64,000 nt of DNA from Dipteris shenzhenensis (lineage: Eukaryota). The notes below the pieces were generated by a model. That model was given only the letters and a program-made list of their open reading frames with translations. It was not told the DNA's origin and ran no database searches. The stretch is from the NCBI GenBank assembly GCA_047967505.1, contig CM106538.1; one strand, 5' to 3'. The translations under genes were made by a program, and so were the position numbers. The stretch's first letter is position 1. The number at the start of each line of letters is the position of its first letter. Positions 36,592-50,272 of the stretch are shown one piece after another.

Positions 36592-39500
36592 TTTTATTGG
36601 GGGGAATTTTAGTTGAGGGTTGTTTTTACATAGGGTTTCTTAGTAGTGCTCCCCCCAAGAAGGCATCCAACCAGCTCGAGAGCTCGAGTATTGAGCATAT
36701 ACACTTTTGAGAAACGCACCGCCTAGCACACGGTTTGGAGCAACACGGTATGTTTTTTACAGAGGCTGAGTGTTGAGTGATGTAGTTGTTTGTGCCGACT
36801 GTCGTTTCTTGATAGTTACTGAGAGAGCAGCACCAATTAACCTGGAATAGGTGGATCACCTGCATTAGAGAAATGACTAGGGTGGTTGTCACTATCGATT
36901 TTTGTGCAATGGCCAAAAAAATATTGCATACGAGTGACCTGGAGGCGACAGAGTCCTTGGAGAGCTCGAACAGAACGGGGATGCTCTTGGAGAGTTGGAG
37001 ACCTTTGCACTTGGAGCTGGAACGCCAACAACTGTCGACTGAGGAGTCAACCCGCCTACTCCGTTTGCTCGCACTTTGAGGCTTGCATGCATCTCTTCTT
37101 TGGTGGCTCGCGCAGGGAGCTGGGGATTCAGGAGGGAGGGAGCCTCTCTCCTTACTCTCATCTCCTTCCACGTGGCAGCTCTTCCTTTCCTTGCCCTCAT
37201 TTCTCCTTGCCTTCCTTGCAATCCACGTGGCTTCTTCTCTTCGTGCAATTCTTAAACCTCCCCTTAAAGAAGTAGAGAGAAGAGCCACCCTGAGCCTCTC
37301 GCCCTCGCCATCATCGCCATTTTACTCGACAGGCTCGGCGCGTACACTTAATATATCGACCCTCGAGATCCTTTCATCCTTTTTATGCGTGGAAGTTTCC
37401 CTCCTGCTCGTATTCCTTGTGTTATATTTATCGTCTATGATGCCCAAGGAAAATACTGTGCCAAAAATTTCGAATCATCTCTCTTGCTCTCCAATGCCAG
37501 TACAGGAGAGCAGAGCTTGTGATAGCATCTAGATTTAGGATCCTGTTGCCTGTACTAACGCCTTAGGATATTTCGCTTCCAAATGGTTATCATCACAACA
37601 GATGTCGAGATGATTCCACTTGGAAAAAGTAACGATGCTGAAAAAACCGCCTTTTCAGACGACGACACCTCACCTGTTGAGGAAGTCGCCATGACAGTAG
37701 CGACCACTGATGATCCAACCCTCCCCGTATGGACAGTCCGAATGTGGGTTCTTGGCCTGGTCTCTTGCGCTGGGCTAGCGTTTGTCAATCAGTTCTTCCA
37801 GTATCGAAGTGAACCCATGCAGATTACCGCACTGTCGGCCACTTTAGCAGCCCTACCTATAGGCCAATTCTTGGCATATGCTCTTCCCAAAACGGTGGTC
37901 CGGATCCCCTTCTTAAAGGATCGTGATTGGAGCTTTTCTCTAAATCCAGGACCTTTCAGTGTCAAGGAACATGTGCTTATCACTATCTTCGCCAATGCAG
38001 GGAATGCATTTGGTTATGGAGGGGCTTTTGCTGTTGAGATGGTGAACCTTATCAAGATATTTTACCACTTACGGATTACTTTCGCTGTAGCTCTCGTTCT
38101 CGTTCTTTCAAGCCAGGTAATTAGTATCTACAAGAAGTACTTATATCCGCCCTGATTTATGCAAACATGAGATAGCATTTCAAAGCTCACTCTAGCTGAA
38201 GATAAATTTTGCAGCTGATTGGATATGGTTGGGCCGGCTTAATGAGAAAGCAGTTGATTGATCCTGCACACATGTGGTGGCCGGCTACTATGGTTCAGGT
38301 CAGTCTGTTCAGGTAAGAGTCTTGGTGCCCTTCAATTTTCGGAGAGCTTCCCGGTTTTGGACGAATGGAAGTAAATATCTGGGTGTGATGGCCTGCAGGA
38401 CATTGCATGAACCCGATGAAAAGAAAGCAAGATCGGGCCTGTCGCGGATTCAAAGCTTCTACATCATGACGATCGTGAGCTTTGCATACTACGTTCTCCC
38501 GGGCTACTTTATGCCGTTCCTTACTTGCATGTCACTGGCATGCTTGATCTGGCCGCGGTCCATAAAGGCCCAACAGATAGGTTCCGGGTACACAGGACTC
38601 GGAATCGGGGCATTCACACTAGACTGGGCTGCGGTTGCGTCGTTCTTAGGTAGCCCACTCGTGTACCCTGCGTCCGTCCTCGTTAATATGGCGGTAGGAG
38701 CTGGAGCCGTAGTTTACATAGTAACACCCCTTGCGTATTACTGGAAAAACGCCTACAAAGCTCAGAATTTTCCAATCATTTCGTCGGGGCTCTTCACGGC
38801 AGCCGGGGGTCCATACAACGTCACAGCTGCTTTGCGACGAGATCTCACGCAAGGAGACTTGTACTTGAGTACCTTCTTTGCAATTAGCCTCGCCTTATGG
38901 TTCGCAGCTCCATTGGCTACGATCACTCATTTCGTTTTCTTTCACGGCACGTGAGTAGCTAATATCAGTCTTTGTCGAGCGTAAGGCCTTGTCTGAGGAT
39001 CATTTGCAGCGTTAAAACGGGTTCTCACTAGCTTGAGAAACGCTTCTAAAGCTTATGTTTTGAACATCAGGGAAACCCTGCACCACTACGCGGGGAAGCG
39101 GCGTCCGGATGTGCATACCCGATTGATGAGCCACTACCCGGATATCCCAGCCAGATGGTTTATGGGGCTCTTGTTGATGTGCGTGGTGGGGGTTATGGTG
39201 ATTTGTGTGCAGTTCAAGGCTCAAGTAGGCATTCCATGGTGGGGAGTTGTGGTGGGCTGCGCCATAGCTGCAGCCTTTACGCTACCCATCGGGGTGATCG
39301 CAGCGACCACAAACATGGTACGTGGTCTAATTGGTTTCTCTTGCTTTGGTTTGATTGATTGTGTATATACTCTAGATGAATAGGTAAAGATGTGGGTATC
39401 TGTGTGGTGGGCAGACGCCGTCGTTGATGGTAACGATGCAGTTCGTGGGGGGTTACCTCTTTCCTGGGAATCCCATCGCAAACCAGGGTCTCAAGTTGTT

Positions 39501-40353
39501 CGGACACATGAGCATGCAGCAGGCCATATATTTCTTGGTAGACTTCAAGCTCGGACATTATATGAAAATCCCTCCTCGGAGCATGTTCTTGGTCCAGGTG
39601 AGTTGCTTTGCTTCTTAACGTATAATAACTTACTACTCACACATAAATCTGGCCAATACAAAGCTAACCTAGGATCTTGCAGGTGATAGGTACCATAGTC
39701 GCAGGGACAGTGGACCTCGGTACGGCATGGTGGTTGTATGAAATACCCCACATGTGCAATGTGGATGGAAAGCTTGAGAAATCAAGTCCATGGACTTGCC
39801 CTTGGGATGTTGTGGCCTATGACACCACTATAGTGTGGGGGGTGTTGGGTCCTGATAGGACTTTTGGAAGTCAAGGCCCTTACAAGAATCTCATGTATTG
39901 GGTGCTAATTTTTGGGCTAGTGGGTCCCATGGTAGTGTGGTTGCTAGCAAAAGCCTTCCCTCGAGCTGCACCTTGGATCAAGCTCATAAATGTTCCTGTG
40001 TTGCTCGGGGCCGTGGGTTGGATGCCAGCTGCAGGAACTATCAACTACACATCTTGGTTTGTGGTGGGCATGGTCTTTAACTACTATATTTTACGATATC
40101 GAAAAGACTGGTGGAAGCGCTACAACTATGTGCTATCAGCTGCGTTGGATGCAGGCACTGCAATCATGGGTGTATTCTTGAGTCTGACAATCGGGTTTCG
40201 TGGCAAGGGCCTTGTCTGGTGGGGTGCCCAAAAATTCTCTGACCATTGCCCCCTTGCCTCTTGTGCGCTTTCGGGCTCTAATGGTGGTGCATCCCATTGC
40301 CCTCTTTACACTTAGCCATCCAAGTTTATCCAAAGAACATCTAATTTCTTTCC
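36587..40353. repeat. Right arm of long inverted duplication (pairs with 1-3767; may extend further right)
   Basis: Reverse complement of 1-3767 with three substitutions seen. Confidence 0.97.
37583..40315 (+). CDS. OPT: Oligopeptide transporter (OPT family), copy 2; exons 37583-38116, 38215-38312, 38399-38950, 39071-39317, 39415-39597, 39683-40315; 748 aa
   Basis: Same motifs and GT-AG introns as copy 1. The only coding difference seen is a synonymous Ser TCA/TCG at 40138. Confidence 0.95.
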
Positions 40354-41139
40354 AAATAGGCATTTGCTCTTCAATTATTTTACCTTTACATTCCTTGGTT
40401 GAAGGTTCATTGGGTCTAATTAGTAGTCACTAATCTTTCAACTAAAGGTAGAACTAAGGCAATTGCTCTTTATCTCTTCCTACTTTGCAGTAATGGCCAT
40501 TAGCATACCCATATCACCAACTTTCAAAGTTTCGTACATCTAAACTTGCTAGCTAATTATTAGTTCCTCTTTGGAAGGCATCACATGGGCCATTAGATTG
40601 TCTAGCCATCCAATTGACTCCCTTGCTCATTGTCTCCTATTAGGTAGACCATCCTCCACCCAAGATTTCTTATATCTTAGCTATTGAAGAGGTTCTCCAA
40701 CTTTTGATGATATTTAAACATGTAACAAAGGCCCTACCTACTCTTGTAGCCTACCTTTAAAATGTTCTCTGGTATGGCTCCCTTCCCAATAATTGATTTC
40801 CCCATCTTTTATCACAAACAACTTGATGTCCATACTATGAACATAATTGGAATTAAAAAATTGCACATTATTTAATAGTATTGTGAATTTAACAAACATA
40901 ATAAAATTCTTTTATACCAAATGTCGAATCTCTTGATTTATATTGTTAATAATCATATCATCTTGAAATAGCTATAATAGAAAGCATCTCATCTTGGACA
41001 TTGCATTTGTCAATAAAGCCATGATCATCTCATTCGTCATCTATCTAGTTGTCTAGCTTGTGTATGTTGGCTTTCTTCTTTTCTTTTCTTATAATGGTTA
41101 ATTTATGACCAAGAGATTCCTCGTATAACAATTGAAGAA

Positions 41140-41151
41140 TCTCTCTCTCTC

Positions 41152-41242
<91 letters not shown>

Positions 41243-41243
41243 C
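41140..41243. repeat. Compound microsatellite (CT)n(CTAT)n
   Basis: Read directly from the sequence. Confidence 0.95.
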
Positions 41244-41954
41244 CCCTATCGTGGACACCAATATCAATGTTTCCTATGAATGCTTTTTCTTCAGGGTTTT
41301 TCTCAAGACCATAGCATCGACATTAATGCAACAGTTACATTCATCCATATTATTATGGTATATATTACCATCAGTATGGGCATTAATAATACTCTAGCAA
41401 ACATTGATATTAGAGTCGATATTGCATTTGGAACAAAAAGAGTGTAAAAAAAAGCATCGATAATTCGTAAGAACCTTAACCATTGGTGGCAATTTTGGAC
41501 AATGTGGGTGTCACCTTGTACCTTGCAATAATAGAATCAAATACATATGTTTTCATAACCAAATATATTTTCTATAAATGTAGTCCTCCATTCTTTAATC
41601 AATTGTAGCATCACTAGAATCAAATTGACAAGTGGGACATGATGATGTGGACTGACAAACATGCTCGTTGATCGCAACATAGTTCTCACCACAACAAAAT
41701 TTTTAGAAATCCGTCATCTCTGTATAGCTTCCTTTATTGCATCAACGTTGCTAGTATCATTAGAGCTATTGTGCAGTAGCATCATATCAAATGGACTTAA
41801 GATGCTACTACAACGCAGGTTTTTTCTACATGTTTTTTATTAAAAAAAACTCTTACATACTCTTTAATTTCATAAATCTCAAATTAATTCTTTAGAAATG
41901 TAATTTCATATCATGTCAAAGAAATTTACATAAAAACCTACTATCTTGCACATG

Positions 41955-42510
41955 GGACTTTACAAATCCCTTGTCGTACATGGATCTGATACCTTAAGGG
42001 ACCCTAAACTCCTATATGGCATTCAAATCCCTTATGGGACATGGATAAAATCTCAATAGGGACTCCAAAACTCCTATGTGGGATTTTGAATCCTATAAGG
42101 GATCCTAAACTCCTGAATGTGGCTTGAATTCCCTTGTGAGACATGGATCAAAGCCTACAAGAAACCCTTAAAACTCCAATGTGGTACTTCAAATCCCATA
42201 AGAGGCTAGAAAATTCTGATAAAGGACTTTAAATCCCATAAGGAACCTTAAAACTCCTATGGAGACTTCAAATTCCATAAGGGACCACCAAACTCCTACA
42301 AGGGACTTTAAATATCCCATTTCAAAAATCAAATATTCCATGCAAGATGTTGATTCACTTCCATGATGGGCTTCTAAACTCATACGTGGGACTTTAAATA
42401 TCATGTTTAGGACTTCAAATGTTTCATGTGGAATATTGATCCACTCCTATATGGGAGTCCTAAACTTGTATGTGGGACCTCAAATGTTATGTTAAAGACT
42501 TCAAACATTC
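41955..42510. repeat. Degenerate ~21-bp minisatellite
   Basis: Recurring GGGAC(C/T)TTAAA(CT/AT)CC(T/C)AT-like units at ~21-bp spacing. Confidence 0.65.
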
Positions 42511-43864
42511 ATGTAGGATATTGGTTTGATCAATCTAGGGATATTGGTTCATTTGCATAAGCATTTCCAAGTATCATGCAAGTAATGACACAAAAAGGAG
42601 GAACTACCATGAGGGACCTTAAAGTCTCATATGGAAGCTATACAGGGCCTAAAAGAGGATAACAATAGGATATTTCACTTAGGGACATTTTTTCTATTGG
42701 GTGGTCTTAATATTTGATTGTTTTTTTCCATTTCAAACTTTTTTAATACTTGCAAGATTCCAAAGAACATAAGTATACAAGATCACCAAGCTGGAGAACT
42801 AAAAAGTTTCAATACTTCATACGGAGCTCCGAGCTAGTGAATTGATTCAATATTTAAAATAAATACTTCTATTTGGTTGCCAAAATAGTTTTATTTTTCC
42901 CTTCTACTTGTTGCCAAAATAGTTTTATTTATTTCTTAGTGAGTTTATGGGAGATTGGTTCTTATAAAAAATGCAATCAATAAGCTCATGTATTATGTGT
43001 AGAAATGCTTGGATATTGGAAACCTATACTGTTGTTCTAGGATATCCATGTCTTATGATACATGAACTCAAGTTATTTGATGTTCACAAGAAATACATAA
43101 TGTTTACATTGTGGGAATCAAGATGCAATGTGCAATGGAATAGGCTTGCAATAAGGAAAAGATTATTATAATGAATATGACAAATGTTCATTCTAGATAA
43201 GGGGATAGTTTATTTATCTAGTTTTTGTGATACATGAGAATAAAATTTAATATAGTGAAATCAAATACACAATGCAATTTATTGTACTATAATTTCAATT
43301 ATTAAAAATAAAATTATATTTTAGCTACTATGATGGAAATACTTCTCATGATTACATTACATCACATTATTTGTCATCATCTATAGGGTTCATTTCAATT
43401 TCTTAGCAATTACTCTCTCATAATGGCATTTTAGACCCAAAGTATGATAGTTCATGGGTTCTCATTTGCCTTGATGTGAGTGTGTTATAGGTTGTAGCTA
43501 AAATTTTTGAGTGTAGAAGGTAGGTGTTGAGAGAATAGAGGTCACGGTTTGTTATGGAATCGATGGAGAAAGTATATGATGATAGGAGAACTTAGTTACT
43601 AATAGTTAGAAACTCAACACTCCATTGAGTATACACACCATTGATAGAGAAAAGGAAACTACATTTGTATATATTGAAGGATTTGATACAACCAAGCCAC
43701 CTTAGCTTTCAATGAAGACTCAGTGATAGGCTTCCTAACCTAGCAAGCTAGGTGAGAGGGAGAGTGTGAACTCGCAATGTCACTCTCTTCCCTCCTCTTT
43801 GTTACAATGCTTTTCTAAATTACTACAAAATCATTGTCTAAAGGTGGGTCGCTCGTCCCACCAC

Positions 43865-44620
43865 CACTACTAACACGGATCCTATTGCGACACTTAAGTA
43901 TCGACATTTAGCGTGTGCGGGGCGCTAATCATCGGTATTGGAAGTGGGGTTCGTTAAGAGTCGCTATATAGCGACTTTAGTAAAACGTCACTATATAGCG
44001 ACGTTTGCCTAAAGTCGCTATATAGCGACTTTTATCAGATTGGTAATGGTCATTATATAGCGACACTGAGATAGTTTTTTATAGAGACATTTTACAAAGA
44101 GTTTTTTTTCCCATACCAACCTTAAAATATAGTTTTTTCCAATGACAAATTTTTTTATATTTTCATACATGTTTGATCCTTTGAGAGAATAAAAGTACGA
44201 GAGCATATACATCAAGCCGAGATCAAGCCTTTGAAGCACATATATTCATGTCTAAGTTTAAGATGAAAAAATTCAATGAAGAACATTTACATCAACGGTT
44301 TCACAAGTCTAACGTGCCAAACAAGTCTATCTCTAACTCTATACCGAGTTGATCTCCTATATCATCATCATACTCTAGCATCGTACATTCACCTAAGAGT
44401 ACTTGATCATCTTCTTTAATAAAGTGTGGTGATTCTTGATGATCTTCATCTTCTTCCTTAATATCATGATCTCCATCTTCCTCCCATATGATGTCATTAT
44501 GTGCATCTTCCTCTTGGCTCATATTGTGATCTTCATCTTCTTCGCTAGACTCATCTGGATGAATTGGATCCGGCATTGGTATTGGCATCTCCATATCCAC
44601 ATCTCCATTGGCTTCTGATG
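43865..44620 (-). mobile_element. CACTA terminus with palindromic subterminal repeats and acidic ORF tail
   Basis: CACTACTAAC at 43865; GTCGCTATATAGCGAC palindromes at ~43960-44030; Asp/Glu-rich ORF 44600-44301 resembling the tail at 31312-31440. Confidence 0.7.
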
Positions 44621-47050
44621 GAGAAAGATGAAACTGAGTACCTGAAGGGGTGAATGTGGAACAACTAAGGCAATTTGCTCGAGTTCCTATCCCCCTAGAT
44701 AAAAATCCTACCTGACCTATTGACTACATTGACTTGCACCTCTAATGCTTGAAAATATTCCAATGGAAGAGTTGTGTGTTGGTCGAAAGAAACCTCATAC
44801 ACATGAAGGCAAATATGACAGATGAGTTTTGGTGATCCTATTCTTCTAGTGGATGACCTATTCACTTTGAGTATGGAGCAAATAGAGTGGAAGTATCTCT
44901 AGAACCCAAGCAAAAAAGTCCAAATCTAGTTCTAACATGAAGGTAAAATTTAGACTTTAAAAGGCACTGATGACGAAGACCCATATAGTCATCTTCAAAG
45001 TTTCTTGTGACCCACTGCAAGCTTGGACCCCACTAGTTGTGTTTGTTGCACTAAGAACTCACATCCAGTGAGGTACATTGGCCAAACTCCATTCCCATCC
45101 ATAGGGGGGTCACTAGGAAATATGTAAGATAGCAGCTGCGATCAATGGAGGGGGTTTTATATTTTTATGGAGTTACAAAAAATATACATACATATGGTGT
45201 TTTTTAATTCAAAAAGTGAACATTTTCATACATAAGGGATATAGAAGGGGTGTATATAGGTTATATAAACCTATAGGAAGGGGTTTTGTTTAATACCCCT
45301 TGATCGCATGTGCTAATCCACTCTTGCAGAGTCTGTACCTATTCATGTGCTACCTAGTTGAGAACCTTCGGATCCATTCTCGTCTTTTGCACATTATCTA
45401 GTGCAATTTGAAGTTGGGGGATGGCTGCTATGAGATTGATATTCTCATCCTTGGACCTAGAATTCAAGGATTACAATCTATCCTCTTTGTACTTCAGATT
45501 GCCATGGTCTATAGCTCGGTGTGATTTTGGCACAGTAGGGAGTGGTTTTCCACTAGGTTTTAGTGATTTTGGTGCAATAGGGATTGGTTTTCCACTAGCT
45601 TGTTATAGACTCATCTTCTTGCTATCTAGCTTCTCCTATAGACTGTGTCACTTGGTAGTGAGATCACCCTGTGGATGCCTTAAACCAACTATGTGCTCCT
45701 CAAAAAATGGAGTTAGCTCTTCCCCATCCTATGTCTGAAGAAACAAGTTGTGATCTAACGTTTGGGGAGGAATCTAATAATTTCCCACTGTGATTTAGTG
45801 GCATGGCAATCCATATGATCATCCTCTATAAACATAGGATCGAGTGAAAATGGCTCAAGAGGAGCCAAGAAGTTGAAAGCCTAAGGGAGGACAAATTGCA
45901 CCTTAAAGGGATGCTAGAGAATTATTCCCAACTCCAATCTTTGATCCAGCTAATCTAGGTACCTAATGAGCACCCACCCAAGTTGCCCTAAAGATAGGAG
46001 CCACCAGACAATGATAAGTCTACAGGCAATACTGGTGTGCGCCACCTATCATAAACAACTTGGATAGGTCCCTCAGAGCAGAAGCCTACAATAGGTAATG
46101 GCAACACTCCAAGAACAACTAAGTAGTTGAAGTTGTGACTGCACATGCCCTTTTATTGTTGCATCCACTAGGCTGAGCAAAATTTGAGTGTGCAGAGATG
46201 TGGGATCCCAGACCCACACCAGTTTTGTAGAGGAGGCGGGATTTCAAGCGTTATTTTTTATGGAGAATAATTTTGAACTTGGGACCCAAACATTGCCCAA
46301 GCAAGTTCTTGAATCTGAGCCCATACATTCAAGACAAGATCTTCTTGATGCTATGTGGATATCCCAAGTCCTGCATGAGTACTCGACCACAAGCTTTTAC
46401 CTATCCTTACAAGGCTTGGTGATAGATTGAGGAAATTGATTTTAGTCTCCCTTCTCCCCCATAGCCTCTCCACCAGGGCATATTAGGGCTGGTCCAACCC
46501 AAAATCTCAATACACAACTGTGCCATACGTACCTTCAATCCTTTTGTCTAGGATCGAGCGAACGATGCCTTATTGTTGCCTAGATCCATAAACTCCCTAA
46601 GCCATGTATTCTCGAGCTCCCATACTATTATGCAAAAATTCTATGAGAGTTGGAAAAACTCATAACTAGCCATACTACTGAGTAGCAATGTGGAACAACA
46701 TATGCAATCTATGTAAATATCCACTTACCAAGTGGTAGGAGATGTCAAACCTATCGACGACCCCAACACCAAGTTATGGGGTCAGTGGATTGGCTAAATT
46801 ATCTAGACATGCCATCACTAGACATCAAATTTCTCTACTTGTGGGCTTCCCTTGAGCAACAGAAAAGATTAAACCCCTTTGACTCTCCATCTCTAGGCCC
46901 TCGTCCTCCAGTGTCCCTCCTTGACAAAGCTACTAACATTGCACAACAACCATGTTGCTTCAATCCCCGTGCATTTGAGAAATGGTTGGTACATGTAAAT
47001 ATGCAACCATGACGACTCGATGAAGAAAGACAATGGTGAGCAACAATGTA

Positions 47051-47303
47051 CACTACAAGGCATAGATCCTTTTCCGACGAAAATACCGACGTTTTTTACA
47101 CTTTTTTATTTTAAACGGGTGCAAAGGTCGTTATTTACGTTGTTATAAGCATCAAAAAAGAACGGTCGCTATATAAGCGTTGCTATATAGTGACGCTAAT
47201 AAACATCCCTATATAGCGACACTAGTAAACATTGCTATATAGCAACATTGGTAAACATCGCTATATAGTGACGATTAATAGAACTTTTAAAAAAACATTA
47301 GTG
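47051..47303. mobile_element. Short CACTA end/fragment
   Basis: CACTACAAGG at 47051; multiple GCTATATAG(C/T)GAC repeats at 47166-47275; TAGTG at 47299-47303; no matching TSD. Confidence 0.6.
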
Positions 47304-47304
47304 G

Positions 47305-50056
47305 GGCTAAACAGGGCCATAGCATCCTCCAAGTGGTAAATCCCCTATTTGGAAGTGCCTTTGTGGTCTCAACTTCTTTTTGCCTAAATCAGAATCCCCC
47401 TCTTTCTGTTTTCCCCTCTTGGCATCACCATGTCCATTTTCAGGCTCTTTTTCCTTGGCCCTCTTCAATGGCATCACTTTAGGATCTTCTAAATGTATTG
47501 GAGAAACATCGGCATGCTTTTCATCTATCTTTCCCTTCCCTTTTTCCTTAGGTGTTAAACCACTTGTTCTAGGCATTCCCTTTATCTCTATTCCATAGTC
47601 ATTTGCCCGATTATTCAAACTGCTTGGCAAGGGCAACATGTCTCCACCTCTACAAGGAGGATTATCACAATTCGGACTAGTATGGCCCCAATCCCCACAA
47701 TTATAGCAGTGATAGGGTTCAAAACTCCTTTAATTACTTCTCTACCTACTCCTGGATCTTGTCTATATCCTAGATTTTGATACAATGGCCTGGTTTCTCT
47801 ACATTGTCCTCTTCCTACTCCACCCAAAAGGTCCAGATTGAGATTTTTTAACATCTCCACTACCTCATGCATTTCTTTAGGTAGACTATCATTCTCGGTA
47901 TTCTCTGTTTCTGCCTGTGCAACCAAAGTGTTCATAGAAGCCTATTCCTCTCTCCTAGGCATTTGTTATTAAGCTCTGATGGCCATCTGCTCCATTCTAT
48001 CATCTTCCATTCTTTTGACTTTGCCAAGTCGATTGCTTCTTGAAATGTGGCTACAAGCTTCAATTCTATCCTCATCCATAGAGGGCCTCTAAGTACAACA
48101 ATGAATTCTCCTCTTTTAGCATGGAAGGTGATTGCTCATTCCCTAGTGCCACGCACCATCGATCCCACAAGTGGCCAAAGTCCTGAATGTATGAATCAAG
48201 GGGTTCTTTTTGCATGAAATTTTTTATTTCATGTCACAACATATCTAGATCTTGTACCCTCTTGTAGTGCTGTAGAAAGTCATTCATTGCTAATCCAACT
48301 GTTACCTCTACCTGTAGATTATTTGCCGCTTGCGTGGCTTCATAGGCATGAAACCATTGCCTGACTTCATCTTGCACACAATACGTAAGGATTCGTAGCA
48401 TGAAGGCTGGGTCTTTCCAATTCTTGATTAAACAAGTGATTTCCAACTGTTCCATGAATTTCCCAGCATCCTTCCTAGGAGTTCCATGAAACATGGGAAA
48501 ATATTGAGCCATAATTCCTATAAACATCCACCAACAACTTCGTTCTTGTAAATTGAAGGTCCAGAGTTTAATCCTCTATGGAGGCACCAAAAACATGATG
48601 AGACGAGCAAATCTAACTTGAAATTCCTTCATAGCTAGGAACACAGTCATGTTTGCAAACACACTGAGAAGAAATGCAATCTCGATGCAAAATCAAATCA
48701 CCATAACTGGAAACAAATACCATATACCAATAACTGTCGAAAATGCAAAGATCACTTGAAGCATATAACAGTCACAATTTCTTCAAAATCATGAACTCGT
48801 AATAAGGAGAACCCCTGGTAGGATCAGATATGACCTTTCTTGCCAAAGACTAGATGCCTTGGAACTCAAATGGGATCTTGGACCTTGCCTGCATTGCAAC
48901 TTTTGCACGGCTTTAAAGAAACTCTTCAAACAATCAAAAGAAACCTCCCTTTACACTTTTTTCTTCTTACTAATGCCAACAACCAAATGAAAGGTCGCAA
49001 GCTATTGAGTTGATCACTATGCACAAGAAAGTCATGCCATAAACTTCACTTCACCCAAGATTTTCTCTAAGCCTTCAAAAGAAAATTGCTTAAAGACAAA
49101 GGTGACCCTTGTCATTATTTATAGAATCATGCTTGTTCCAAAATTTCTCTCACTCTCATCAACATCGTTTTGCTAGCATACAAACTATTAGAGCACATTG
49201 ATCTAGGAGATATGGCTTCAAGTTGTAACCTATGGCAACCATTAGTCGCTCACACGAACCTTTAAAGGAGTTCCCAAACCTCCTGCCATCCCTTAACCTT
49301 CATGCAACCGACCGGTTGTGTCTTGTCATAGCCACCAACCAAGAAGATTTCTTGCAAACCATCTGCCTTTTGCAAATGATCCAACTCTTTCTCTTGCTTT
49401 AGCTTTAATCACAAACAGTAGCAAGCCATTTGCAACTCTATCTACCACCCATGAATTCGACTAGAATTGTTTAGGTCTGAGGTGACACAAGCTCCTGCCA
49501 CTTCCAATTCTTTTCAAGACTCTTGCAGTCCTCTACAACACTCAGTTGTTGCTTCTACGAGTGTCCATGAGCCAATGATCTGCTTCACACATTCGTGTTG
49601 CTATAGCTTTTATCATAGAGCGCTTATAATGTTTGTTGTGACCCCATCATCCTTGGCTGGTTCTTTTGACCAAGGATCATGCTCTAGAATTAGCAGGACG
49701 ATAGAAAGCATGTGCTACACAACTGATTCATGAACAGTTTGCACAGATAATGGGGGACGGGTCACCTCTTGCTTGAGTTGCTGATATTCTTAGTACTCCA
49801 TGCAAATATTGGAAATAACCCTAACCACCATGCTCTGTTGTAGAAGGGTATTCACGACCAATTTCCTCATGGGCTGATGATAGCCTCCTATGATCTTAAA
49901 CCAACAAAACTTTCCCCAAGCAACAATCAACTATGAACTCGGGACCTGATAATCATGTGTAAATCACTTAGGCACAGCAAAGCTTCTTTGGACCAAAGAT
50001 CAGCCACACAATGGCTCCATTTATTATTATGCACCATGCAAATCCTTTCTCTTACA
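47305..50056 (-). mobile_element. Degraded Gypsy-like LTR retrotransposon 5' part (putative LTR ~50056-48596, PBS-like TGGTGCCTCC, gag remnant)
   Basis: Gag-like FPMFHG..DAGKFMEQLE..VRQWF (48527-48234); CCHC knuckle CYNCGDWGHTSPNC at ~47708-47667; many stops. LTR limits tentative. Confidence 0.6.
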
Positions 50057-50243
50057 TTGTAACCTCACACACACACGTAGGGCTATCAATCAACAATTTT
50101 GATCTTCCATCAACTAGCAAAACTCTGAATGAGAATCAGCCAATCACCTTCAACTAGCAAAACTCTACACCACACCTTCTAGCACTCTCATTGATACACC
50201 TCAAATCACTCTCTAATCCCTTGAAATTAGAAAACACTAATTG

Positions 50244-50272
50244 GAGGCCCTTTTGAGACCCCGATTCTCCCC
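50244..50272 (-). mobile_element. Candidate right terminal inverted repeat (29 bp)
   Basis: GAGGCCCTTTTGAGACCCCGATTCTCCCC(TAA); 28/29 match to the reverse complement of 5430-5458. Confidence 0.7.

Noticed and set aside
39001-39032. TTTGCAG at 39009 as the OPT intron-3 acceptor
   Set aside because: It shifts the frame into a stop. Acceptors at 39031 or 39070 keep the frame, and 39070 best fits OPT homology.
1-40353. OPT-containing arms as giant TIRs of a foldback element, or OPT copy 2 as a retrocopy
   Set aside because: The arms are ordinary gene sequence with an inner junction explained by microhomology. All introns are retained, and no matching 3' LTR follows copy 2 in the window.
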